Virus record (IMG/VR): IMGVR_UViG_3300046779_002061
Coordinates: 1-41,466 of that record
DNA: 41,466 nt
From: a virus
Taxonomy: Duplodnaviria > Caudoviricetes
Reading direction: 5' to 3' (one strand)
Both the position numbers and the translations under genes were made by a program. The notes under the pieces are model-generated. The model had not been told where the DNA came from and made no database searches. It worked only from the letters and a program-made list of their open reading frames with translations. Below, piece after piece: positions 7,694-16,440 of the stretch (the stretch's first letter is position 1; the number at the start of each line of letters is the position of its first letter).

Positions 7694-8254
7694 ATGACCG
7701 TACCTGATTTCGCATACGCACCGATGCAGTGGCGTACCGTCGAGGCGTTCCGTGCGCATCTCCGCAAGCACAACCCCAACGTCGTGCCATGGGCACAGGG
7801 GATTGTCCTGCACCACACGGCATCGCCTGTCCCATCCACATGGAAGGGACTCGAGTCGATTGAGTCACTCGCCCGATTCTATCGCTTCCACCATAAATGG
7901 TCAGCTGGCCCGCACCTCTTCATCTGTGCAGGGTCGCCCAATCCCGCCAACGATGGCATCTTCCAGCTTACGCCACTCAATCTGGTCGGCGTCCATGCGC
8001 GCGAGTGCAATTCCACTACGTGGGGGATTGAGGTAGTCGGCAATTACTCAAATCAGCCATGGAGCGATGCCACGACCTCACTCGTCGTCGGTGCCGTGCA
8101 TGAGCTGATGAGCTGGAAGGGTATCACGCCCAACCGCCAAACGCTGCTCTATCACCGTGAGTGCGTACCTGATACGTCATGCCCGGGTCAAGCTATCGTC
8201 GATCGCTTTAATTGGGTACTTGATGGTGTGCAGTGGAGAATGCGCCGTGCATGA
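7694..8254 (+). CDS. Endolysin, N-acetylmuramoyl-L-alanine amidase (Amidase_2)
   Basis: IVLHHT, GPHLF, GVHA...N, GIEVVG, YHRE...TSCPG zinc-amidase motifs. Confidence 0.88.
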   Translation: MTVPDFAYAPMQWRTVEAFRAHLRKHNPNVVPWAQGIVLHHTASPVPSTWKGLESIESLARFYRFHHKWSAGPHLFICAGSPNPANDGIFQLTPLNLVGVHARECNSTTWGIEVVGNYSNQPWSDATTSLVVGAVHELMSWKGITPNRQTLLYHRECVPDTSCPGQAIVDRFNWVLDGVQWRMRRA

Positions 8255-8825
8255 CACCGCAATGAGTTGGCTCAAAATTGTCTACCAACGCTATCAGCAC
8301 TTCCTCAAAGGCCCAACGCTCGAGGTGGGGAGCATCAATATCAATGGGTCGGCGCGTGACGTGTTTGGCAGTTATACACCCTATACAGGCGTGGACATCG
8401 TGCCCGGGTCATGCGTTGACGTGGTGGTCGATATCCGTGACCATGAGGCGGCCAAGCGTGCAGGGATTGGCGTCTACCCGCTCATCGTCTCTACCGAAGT
8501 CCTCGAGCACACCCCACCCGCTCCTCTCCTCGACGCCATGCTCAACCACGCTCACCCGCATGGATGCCTGATGGTCATCACGTGCGCAGGGCCAACGCGC
8601 CAAACACATAGCGCCGATGGTGCGCCCACACTCAAGCCGGGCGAGTACTATGCCAACGTCCACCCAACGCAGTTGACCGACTGGCTACGCACGCTTCCGG
8701 CCAAGGGGTGGTTCGTGGGGTGGTCGGACATCCGCACGAGTGCGGGCGATGGCGACACCTACGCTGCATGGTATATCCAGATGGTACCGACAATCGAAAC
8801 ACACAAAAAGGAAATTGGATCATGA
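8247..8825 (+). CDS. Class I SAM-dependent methyltransferase
   Basis: LEVGSININGSAR, YTGVDI..G..VDVVVD, STEVLEH motifs; GTG start overlapping endolysin stop. Confidence 0.78.
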   Translation: MHDTAMSWLKIVYQRYQHFLKGPTLEVGSININGSARDVFGSYTPYTGVDIVPGSCVDVVVDIRDHEAAKRAGIGVYPLIVSTEVLEHTPPAPLLDAMLNHAHPHGCLMVITCAGPTRQTHSADGAPTLKPGEYYANVHPTQLTDWLRTLPAKGWFVGWSDIRTSAGDGDTYAAWYIQMVPTIETHKKEIGS

Positions 8826-9400
8826 TTCAGAATGACGTATGGATTATTGAGCAAGCCACCAAGCACGGCATGATTGAGCCGTTCGAGGCATCGCAGGTGC
8901 GCACGACGCCTGATGGCAAACGTGTGGTGAGCTACGGTGTGTCCAGCTTTGGCTACGATATGCGTGTGGCAGATGAGTGGATGTACCTGCCGCACTTCTC
9001 GCGCGGTATCACTCGGCCGGTGATTGATGTCAAGCGTGGCGGGCTGGACGGCATGATGGTCACGCAAAAGTCGCCATCAATTAATCTCGGGCCGCATGCG
9101 TTTCTCCTCTGTCGCAGTGTCGAGTACTTTCGTATCCCACGCGACTGCATCGTGCATGTCATCGGTAAATCGACCTACGCACGCTGTGGCCTGTTCGTCA
9201 ACGTCACACCACTCGAGCCCGGGTGGGAGGGTCACGTCACCATCGAGATTTATAACTCGACCGCATGCCCGATTACCATCTACGCACATGAGGGCATCGC
9301 ACAGTGTCTATTCCATGTGGGGGATGATCCTGTCACGTCATATGCCGACCGCGCGGGCAAGTATCAGGGACAGACAGGTATCACCCTCCCCAAACTCTAA
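8822..9400 (+). CDS. dcd: dCTP deaminase
   Basis: MIEPF...VSYGVSSFGYD.R, GKSTYARCG..VNVTPLEPGWEG.VTIE, EGIAQ, SYADRAGKYQGQ. Confidence 0.93.
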   Translation: MIQNDVWIIEQATKHGMIEPFEASQVRTTPDGKRVVSYGVSSFGYDMRVADEWMYLPHFSRGITRPVIDVKRGGLDGMMVTQKSPSINLGPHAFLLCRSVEYFRIPRDCIVHVIGKSTYARCGLFVNVTPLEPGWEGHVTIEIYNSTACPITIYAHEGIAQCLFHVGDDPVTSYADRAGKYQGQTGITLPKL

Positions 9401-9410
9401 AGGGGAAATC

Positions 9411-10412
9411 ATGAAAGTCTACCGCCATGGCAACCGCTGGCGCATCAAGGCGCACGATGATGCGGGGATTCGTCGCTGGATGAGCTTCGACACCGAGGAT
9501 GAGGCCATCGCATATGCCGAGCATGTTTCCCAAGGCATTCGGCGCATCGATGATGTATGGAGTCGCCTCGAGGGCAAGTCCATCATCATGCCACACCATG
9601 AGGTTGAGCTCCCTGCCGAACCGTACAGCCTTGCGTTCCTGAGTGACTTGCACTTTGGCAGCCCACACACCGACTACCGACAGGCGCGCCTTGATGCAGA
9701 GGTGATACGAGACACCCCAGGGATGTATGCGGTATTCCATGGCGACGGTATCGACAATTGGATTATCCCCAAAATGGCAGGGCTCCAGCGTGGTCAGGCA
9801 GTAGACTTTGATGATGAGTGGGCACTCCTACGACGATGGCTATCCATCCTCGGTGATAAGCTTATCATCGTGGTGGCAGGTAATCACGACAATTGGACAC
9901 ATACCCTCGGGGGTATCGACTTCCTGCAAAACCTCGTTGATCCAGCTATCTTCTACGACCCACAGCAAATTCTTTTCACCGTCTCATCAGGTGAGCATCA
10001 GCTCCGTGTGTGCGTGCGTCATAAGTGGCGTGGGCAATCCATCCTGAATCCCACGCACGGTATGGAACGAGCCGCACGGGACATTGACGCCGATGTGTAC
10101 GTTGGTGGTCACACACATATCGCTACACTCGCACGGCAGTTCACCGTACGAGAGCGTGATAGACTCGCACTACTCACGGGGACGTATAAGCGGTATGATA
10201 CGTATGCACGGCAATTAGGATTGCCACCGAGTCAGCACTCAGGAGCGGGTGCGCTCGTCATCGACCCACGCAAGGGTCATACATTTATCAGGGATATTCG
10301 AGAAGCGGCCGACTACCTGACATGGAAGCGGCGCACAGAAAGGGGTGATGACGATCATGCCCAAGCTGGACATCGACAAGGACGCATTAGAACGGGCACT
10401 CGACGGCAATAA
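9411..10412 (+). CDS. Calcineurin-like metallophosphoesterase with short N-terminal DNA-binding-like domain
   Basis: SDLHFG, GDGIDN, GNHD, RH, GHTH motifs. Confidence 0.85.
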   Translation: MKVYRHGNRWRIKAHDDAGIRRWMSFDTEDEAIAYAEHVSQGIRRIDDVWSRLEGKSIIMPHHEVELPAEPYSLAFLSDLHFGSPHTDYRQARLDAEVIRDTPGMYAVFHGDGIDNWIIPKMAGLQRGQAVDFDDEWALLRRWLSILGDKLIIVVAGNHDNWTHTLGGIDFLQNLVDPAIFYDPQQILFTVSSGEHQLRVCVRHKWRGQSILNPTHGMERAARDIDADVYVGGHTHIATLARQFTVRERDRLALLTGTYKRYDTYARQLGLPPSQHSGAGALVIDPRKGHTFIRDIREAADYLTWKRRTERGDDDHAQAGHRQGRIRTGTRRQ

Positions 10413-11388
10413 CACTAAAATTGCCGCACGCATCCTCGGTATAAGTGAATCAAGCGTGCGTAAATACCGTGATGCATATAGCCTCACCGTGTGGCGGACA
10501 TGGAAACGTCACGAGGTAGACTACCTCAAAAAGTACGCCTACACTATCAGCTTTGCCCGCATCGCCAAAAAACTCCGCAAAACCCCCACTGCCGTGCGTA
10601 TGATGGCCAAGCGCCTTGGCATTGTCATTGATGTGCGTGACATGCACACTACGATTGATGAGCTCGCCGAAGAACTCGGGTGCTCTCTCCGTATGATTCA
10701 ATCCATGATGCAACGCGATGATGACCCACTTCCCAGTCTGCCGATGCGCTATGGTCTGAAGGATGCATGGCGGGCGTTTGACATGGATGCCGTGCTGGCG
10801 TGGCTTGAGCGTGGCCACATCCTACGATTCGACCGCGCGCCCATGAATCACCGCATGGGCAAGCTTTACGATGCCGTGCGCCCACGCTGGATAGCGCAAG
10901 GCGAGATGCAAGCGATTGACCCGTGGATTGGCGCTCAAAGCTTTCACGGCCAACGACGACGGGGCCCTCTCCCCAAGCCGCTATATGTCGGCCTTCGGCG
11001 TGACCTCGCCCATGAATCGTATTACTACCTCCCCGATGTGTATCGACACTACTACACCTACGGCGAAACCATCCCCAAAGGCATCAAGTGCGATTGGCTA
11101 CAGGACATCCGTGAGGCGTGGGAGAGTGTGTATATCCAGAGTATCGAGATAGAGCAGTACATCACACGAGGGATGACGTATCACTACCGACGGTTGCACC
11201 GATTCCCACGGCCGCACACTCGCTATGCGTATTTACGGAGTGAGGTGGTGGATTGGTGTATGGCGAATGGATTCCCTGATGTAGCGCACCGTATCAAGCG
11301 GGAGGCTGTCACGTATCAGGAGCTCATGGGCGATCGGGCACGACGACAGCATACAGGGATGCGTCCACGGGATGTATATTCAAACTGA
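10357..11388 (+). CDS. Multi-HTH DNA-binding protein (paralog of 3156-4184)
   Basis: AARILGISESSVRKY; IAKKLRKTPTAVRMMAKRLG; ELAEELGCS HTH motifs. Confidence 0.7.
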   Translation: MPKLDIDKDALERALDGNNTKIAARILGISESSVRKYRDAYSLTVWRTWKRHEVDYLKKYAYTISFARIAKKLRKTPTAVRMMAKRLGIVIDVRDMHTTIDELAEELGCSLRMIQSMMQRDDDPLPSLPMRYGLKDAWRAFDMDAVLAWLERGHILRFDRAPMNHRMGKLYDAVRPRWIAQGEMQAIDPWIGAQSFHGQRRRGPLPKPLYVGLRRDLAHESYYYLPDVYRHYYTYGETIPKGIKCDWLQDIREAWESVYIQSIEIEQYITRGMTYHYRRLHRFPRPHTRYAYLRSEVVDWCMANGFPDVAHRIKREAVTYQELMGDRARRQHTGMRPRDVYSN

Positions 11389-11410
11389 TGACAGTATTGG
11401 AGCGTTGACG

Positions 11411-11839
11411 ATGGATATAATTTTGTTTTGCGACATCGATGGGACGCTATGCGTGATTGATGAAAGCGCACCCAAGCCGCAGACTGATGCAGAGTGGCGA
11501 ACGACGTTTGCGAATGCAAGGCCACGGCCCGAGGTTATTTCCTATGTGCGAAAACTTCAGCAATCGTCCGTATCAAAAACGATCATCTTCACTGGTCGCT
11601 GGGAAGACAATCGCGCGGCGACCGTCAAGTGGCTGCGTAACCAAGGCGTCCAGTATGATGAGCTGATGATGCGACCAAATGGCGACACGCGCGAAAACGT
11701 CGTCATCAAAATATCAATGCTAATTGATACACTCAAGCGCAATCCGACAATGCAGCCGACCGTGATTGATGATGATAACGATGTGATTCGCGCATGTGGA
11801 TATATCGGCATATCGGCCAAAGATGCAAATAGTATTTGA
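11411..11839 (+). CDS. HAD-family phosphatase (polynucleotide 3'-phosphatase-like)
   Basis: DIDGTL, FTGR, T.KWL, L.MRP.GD.R, K, IDDD motifs as in the T4 PNK phosphatase domain. Confidence 0.85.
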   Translation: MDIILFCDIDGTLCVIDESAPKPQTDAEWRTTFANARPRPEVISYVRKLQQSSVSKTIIFTGRWEDNRAATVKWLRNQGVQYDELMMRPNGDTRENVVIKISMLIDTLKRNPTMQPTVIDDDNDVIRACGYIGISAKDANSI

Positions 11840-11870
11840 ACCAACAAATATTTCTTGTTAGATGAATATC

Positions 11871-11896
11871 TAATTCCGTCGAATTCGACGGAATTA
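11871..11896. repeat. Perfect 26-bp palindrome TAATTCCGTCGAATTCGACGGAATTA
   Basis: Direct reading; immediately upstream of terS SD. Confidence 0.95.
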
Positions 11897-11911
11897 AAAC
11901 GGGAGGGATAG

Positions 11912-12358
11912 ATGGCCACACGAAAACAGCGGCAGTCGGCCAAGGGCTCGACGATGACCGCCCAACGAGCACACCGAGCGTTCGAGCTGCGCAAGCTTGG
12001 GCTGTCATACCGTGAGATTGCCAAGGAGCTCGGAACGAGTCACCAGACCATCGCCAAAGACCTCAAAAAGGTATTCGACGCCTACCTTGAGCAATCCCTC
12101 GAGATGCGAGCCTATGAGGTCAGCCTCGAGCAAGCACGCCTCGACGAGATGTGGGTGTCGGTGTACACGGACTTCAAGTCGGGCAACCTCAAGGCCGTCG
12201 AGCAACTGCTCAAAATCATGGAGCGACGGTCGAAGCTTCTCGGCCTCGACATCGTGCAGACGTCCAAGCAAATCAGCGTCAGCGTGACGCCTGAACAGAT
12301 TCAGGGGATGAGTGATGACGAACTCGCAAACCTCATCAGTCAGCTCGAACGCCAGTAA
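11912..12358 (+). CDS. terS: Terminase small subunit (N-terminal HTH)
   Basis: LRKLGLSYREIAKELG; G.LKAVEQLLKIMERRSKLLGLD; directly upstream of TerL. Confidence 0.82.
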   Translation: MATRKQRQSAKGSTMTAQRAHRAFELRKLGLSYREIAKELGTSHQTIAKDLKKVFDAYLEQSLEMRAYEVSLEQARLDEMWVSVYTDFKSGNLKAVEQLLKIMERRSKLLGLDIVQTSKQISVSVTPEQIQGMSDDELANLISQLERQ

Positions 12359-13661
12359 GATTGCACTACTGGCCAAGCTGGAGTTAGAGCGACGTAGGCG
12401 ATCTAAGCCCGGGCTCACGTTCCGTGGTGCAGCCGAGGTCATCCAGTCAACGACGGCGCGCGAGTGGATCATCTCGGGCCCGAGTGAGACCGGCAAAACA
12501 TTCGCCGCACTCTACAAGCTCCACCAGATGGCGCAGGCCTACCCGGGCAGTCGGTGGGTCATTATGCGCAAAACCGCCGAATCGCTCACTACCACGGCCG
12601 TGCGCTCGTGGAAGCGGGTCATCCGTGCGCATGGCACCAAGCCTGAGGAGTTTGGCGGCACCCGTCCATACCTATGGGTCTATCCCAATGGAAGCGTGGT
12701 CAATACCGCTGGCATGGATAACCCCGACAAAATCCTCTCGGGCGAGTTTGACGGCATCTACGTCAATCAGTGCGAGGAGCTATCCAAAGAAGAGTGGGAG
12801 ACCATCACAACCCGCACGACGGGACGTGGTGCCGTCACGCCATATCCGATGGCATTCGGCGACGCCAACCCAAAAGACCCCGAGCACTGGATACTCGAGC
12901 GTTCCCGATCCGGCCAACTGCAGATATACACGTCACGCCACGAGGACAACCCAAGCCTGCACGATGGCACCGACTGGACAGACCAAGGCCGACGCACGCT
13001 GGCCACACTAGACGCACTGACAGGCACACGCTACGCACGCCTCCGCCTCGGCGAGTGGGTGTACGCCGATGACGATGAATCATTCCTCGGCTCAATCAGT
13101 ATGTGGGATGGGTGCATCGAGGAGGCGCTTCCGCCACTCTCGCCACGTCAGCCTATCGTGCTCGGCATGGACGCCGCTATCAGTGGCGACACCTTCGCAC
13201 TTGTGGGCGTTGGTCGCTACGGCGCACAGGCTGACCAGATGCTCGCACTCCGTATGGTCAAGGTGTGGGAGCCAAACGGCACACCACTCGACTATGGCCA
13301 AATCGAGCAGGATATCCGTGCCATCATCAAGCAGTACAACGTCGTGCAGATTGCCTACGATCCATATCAAGCGCACTACCTCGCACAGCGCTTATCAGAT
13401 GCTGTGTGGTGCGAGCCATTCAGTCAGCAGGCACGACGCCTCGAGTCGGATGCCGCACTCCGTCAGCTCATCATGACACGCCGATTGGTGCACAATGGCG
13501 AACATACTATAGTACGTCAGCACTTAATGAACGCCAACGCGAAAGTGGACGAGACGGGTCATCGGCTTCGCATCGTCAAGAGGGATACTAGCAATAAGAT
13601 TGATAGCGTTGTAGCATTATCCATGGCGGCACATGCTGCGCTTGGTTTAAATCTGTACTAG
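12312..13661 (+). CDS. terL: Terminase large subunit
   Basis: Walker A GPSETGKT; nuclease GMD...D, YDP, KIDSVVALSMA; exact start uncertain. Confidence 0.9.
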   Translation: MMTNSQTSSVSSNASKIALLAKLELERRRRSKPGLTFRGAAEVIQSTTAREWIISGPSETGKTFAALYKLHQMAQAYPGSRWVIMRKTAESLTTTAVRSWKRVIRAHGTKPEEFGGTRPYLWVYPNGSVVNTAGMDNPDKILSGEFDGIYVNQCEELSKEEWETITTRTTGRGAVTPYPMAFGDANPKDPEHWILERSRSGQLQIYTSRHEDNPSLHDGTDWTDQGRRTLATLDALTGTRYARLRLGEWVYADDDESFLGSISMWDGCIEEALPPLSPRQPIVLGMDAAISGDTFALVGVGRYGAQADQMLALRMVKVWEPNGTPLDYGQIEQDIRAIIKQYNVVQIAYDPYQAHYLAQRLSDAVWCEPFSQQARRLESDAALRQLIMTRRLVHNGEHTIVRQHLMNANAKVDETGHRLRIVKRDTSNKIDSVVALSMAAHAALGLNLY

Positions 13662-13784
13662 TAGGAGCACTTATGCAGATGCTCTCCTGTCTCTGCAGAC
13701 ACTGCCGAGCCAATCGGCGCTACCGAACACCACAGACCGTCGTGAATTGTGCCGCCATATTTATACGTGCAAAGGTAATATAGT

Positions 13785-15368
13785 ATGACCGATGACGCAA
13801 TCAAGAAAAGTGTGACGCGCGATGATGGCCAGCGTGTCACGCAAAATGGCGGATTCACCGTAGTAGTCGGGCCATCAACGTGGGGGCAATTCCTCGGCGC
13901 TGGTCTCCTCGAGGGGATTAAAGGCGCAACGGGACTGCCACCTTACGGCACCAAGGCCGCCGACGCCATCCTGTCCGAAACGCCGATGATTGAGAACATG
14001 TGGTCGAGTGCCGTATCGACGGCCATCAGCAAGCAGACCGCCATCGGGTTTGAGATTTCCGACACGACCGAAAGCTCACGCCGCATCAAGCAAGCGCAAG
14101 AGCTGATGCTCAATCTGGACGGCAACTACACGGCAGGTCTAGCCAAGGTGCTACGGGATTATCTCACCACGGATAACGGCGCATTTATCGAGATCGTGCG
14201 CTCATCCAGTGCGGCGGGGTCGAAGGTTGTCGGCCTCATGCACCTCGACAGCCTGCGATGCTACCGCACAGGCGACCCGAAGTTCCCGCTCATCTACGTA
14301 GATATGCGTGGCCGTCAGCACGTGATGCGCGCTGATGACGTGTTGATGTTCGCCGACACGCCATCACCACGCACCGAGCACTACGGCATGGGTATCAGTG
14401 CAGCGCGTCGCTCATTCGAGACCATCCTCAAGCTCACTGCCATTGAGACATACGTGCGTGAGAAAGTATCAGGCCGTCGCAACCTCGCTATCCATATCGT
14501 CAATGGCATCACGAGCGACCAGCTTGGACAGGCACTCAACTCCAGTGCGGCCATGCAGGACCAGAAGGGCTACGTAGTCTACAATGGCTCGACGATCATT
14601 CCGATGATTCGGAATGAGACACCATCGATTGCCACAATCCCGCTCGCTGAAATCCCTGATGGATTCGATGCAGCGACTGAGCGAACCGACGCCTACCTAC
14701 GCTATGCGAATGCGCTTGGCATTTTCGTAGGTGAGATTCAGCCACTCTCAGGGCAAGGACTCGGCACTGGTCAGCAGTCAGTCGTACTTGCGCAAGCGGC
14801 CGAAGGGCGAGGTCTGTCATCATTCCGCAAGCAATTCGCCAACGCAATCACGCACAACGTATTCCCCGATGCAGTGAGTTTCTACTTTGCCGAGAGCGAC
14901 CAGAAGGACCGCAAGGAGAAAGCGGAAACCCTCTCAGCGTGGGCAGGCGCACTCAAGCCTCTCATCGAGCTACAGGTCATCAGCGCCGCACAGGCGCTCA
15001 ATGTCCTCGTGGACGATGGCTACCTCCCGCGCGAATTCCTCGCCACAGACTCAACGGCAGGCGGCGTGGTGACAGATAGCGAGAACATCGAGACGACCGC
15101 ACAGGCTGCACAGATTGCCGAGCAAGCGCAGGCCGAAGCACAAGCGCAAACGTCAGCTGAAGCACAGGCCACGGCACAAACGCCAACCGACGCCGAAAAG
15201 GCGCTCATCCGCCTCAAGCAAACCGTGCAAGCACTTGGCAGTGACGCTGACCTCTTCTATCAAGGCGAGCCACCTGCAGGCCGTGCGCCGAGTGGCGGTG
15301 AGCTTGACCGCATGATAGATGATGAGCTCAAGAGCGCACTGCGACTGCTGGAGAAGCTGACATCATGA
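13785..15368 (+). CDS. Portal protein
   Basis: Follows TerL; DYLTTDNGAFIEIVR, L.HLD, YGMG motifs; Ala/Gln-rich C-terminal tail. Confidence 0.82.
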   Translation: MTDDAIKKSVTRDDGQRVTQNGGFTVVVGPSTWGQFLGAGLLEGIKGATGLPPYGTKAADAILSETPMIENMWSSAVSTAISKQTAIGFEISDTTESSRRIKQAQELMLNLDGNYTAGLAKVLRDYLTTDNGAFIEIVRSSSAAGSKVVGLMHLDSLRCYRTGDPKFPLIYVDMRGRQHVMRADDVLMFADTPSPRTEHYGMGISAARRSFETILKLTAIETYVREKVSGRRNLAIHIVNGITSDQLGQALNSSAAMQDQKGYVVYNGSTIIPMIRNETPSIATIPLAEIPDGFDAATERTDAYLRYANALGIFVGEIQPLSGQGLGTGQQSVVLAQAAEGRGLSSFRKQFANAITHNVFPDAVSFYFAESDQKDRKEKAETLSAWAGALKPLIELQVISAAQALNVLVDDGYLPREFLATDSTAGGVVTDSENIETTAQAAQIAEQAQAEAQAQTSAEAQATAQTPTDAEKALIRLKQTVQALGSDADLFYQGEPPAGRAPSGGELDRMIDDELKSALRLLEKLTS

Positions 15369-15937
15369 ACAAGCTTGAGCAACTCATCGCACGATTCGCA
15401 CTCTACCTCGCAGGGCGCACCGCGCGCATGATGCGTGAGGGCGTGGATGGTGAGGGGAATGTGACCGACCTCGAATCCGTCCAGCGATGGTACGAGGATA
15501 TGAAGCGTGAGATCGTGCGCTATCACACGGCAAGCGGGCTTCTCGGGTCTGGAGTGAGTGAGCTCACACCCGAGCTACTGGGCGTCCTGCGCTACTCCCT
15601 CAATACGCAATTGTCCTACTTCGATGGGTTCTATCTCAAGGTGGTGAGTGAGCGGGAGTTCAAGCGGAAAGAGGCGGCACGTGCGGTCTCGTATGCCAAT
15701 GGCATCAAAGAGCCGTACTGGAAGGGGCGCACCGAGTTCTTGCCGCTCCCTGCGATGCCAGCACAGGGAACGCAGTGCATGGGCAATTGCAAGTGCAAAT
15801 GGCGCATCGTGGTACTCGACCGTGAGCGTGGCGACTATGACTGCTATTGGGAGCGCCATGCCGATGACTCATGCCAGACATGCATCGTGCGCGCCTCGAG
15901 GTGGGCGCCATTTGAGATACGCGGACTGGAGGTGTAA
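15365..15937 (+). CDS. Minor head protein, MuF-like Cys-rich C-terminus
   Basis: Post-portal position; LP.MP.QGTQCMGNCKC and W...DSCQTC. Confidence 0.6.
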   Translation: MNKLEQLIARFALYLAGRTARMMREGVDGEGNVTDLESVQRWYEDMKREIVRYHTASGLLGSGVSELTPELLGVLRYSLNTQLSYFDGFYLKVVSEREFKRKEAARAVSYANGIKEPYWKGRTEFLPLPAMPAQGTQCMGNCKCKWRIVVLDRERGDYDCYWERHADDSCQTCIVRASRWAPFEIRGLEV

Positions 15938-15938
15938 C

Positions 15939-16439
15939 GTGGGCGCAAAGGTGACGGTCATCGTACCGCCAAAGTTGGATGCAAAGCGCTTGATTCGTGG
16001 CCTTCGTAATGGTATGAAAAACGCTGCCGAGGATGTGGTGGTGGATTTCATGACCACGACTGCCACATGGAAGCATCAACCAAACTTCAAGACCACTGAG
16101 GTGTCAGCCGCCGAGTGGATTATCTCGACTGACGACAAAGTGTGGTCAATGCTCGATGATGGTACCAAGCCACACATCATCCGTCCAAAGCGTGCTAAGC
16201 GCCTCCGTTTCCAGTGGGGTGGTCAAGGGTCATATAAGGCCAAGACAAAACCGGGCTATCTCGGCTCAAACAAGGGCAAGGTGTCGGGGCCAATCGTATT
16301 TCGCAAGCAAGTACGGCACCCGGGCACGAAAGCCCGCAAGTGGACGGATGCCGCCAAAGTGAAATGGGATAGAGAGCTTGGCGACATCGTCCAGCGTGCT
16401 ATCGACGCTGAAGTGAGCAACATGGGGAGGAACATCTGA
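15939..16439 (+). CDS. Neck/tail-completion protein (HK97 gp10-like)
   Basis: DDGTKPHIIRPKRAKRLRF...VRHPGTKA motif; GGAGGT SD and GTG start. Confidence 0.7.
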   Translation: MGAKVTVIVPPKLDAKRLIRGLRNGMKNAAEDVVVDFMTTTATWKHQPNFKTTEVSAAEWIISTDDKVWSMLDDGTKPHIIRPKRAKRLRFQWGGQGSYKAKTKPGYLGSNKGKVSGPIVFRKQVRHPGTKARKWTDAAKVKWDRELGDIVQRAIDAEVSNMGRNI

Positions 16440-16440
16440 T

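Noticed and set aside
11557-12024. 155-aa minus-strand ORF containing FNSVEFDGIR as a KilA-N gene
   Set aside because: Antisense to the HAD phosphatase and terS; only the palindrome-derived peptides resemble the family
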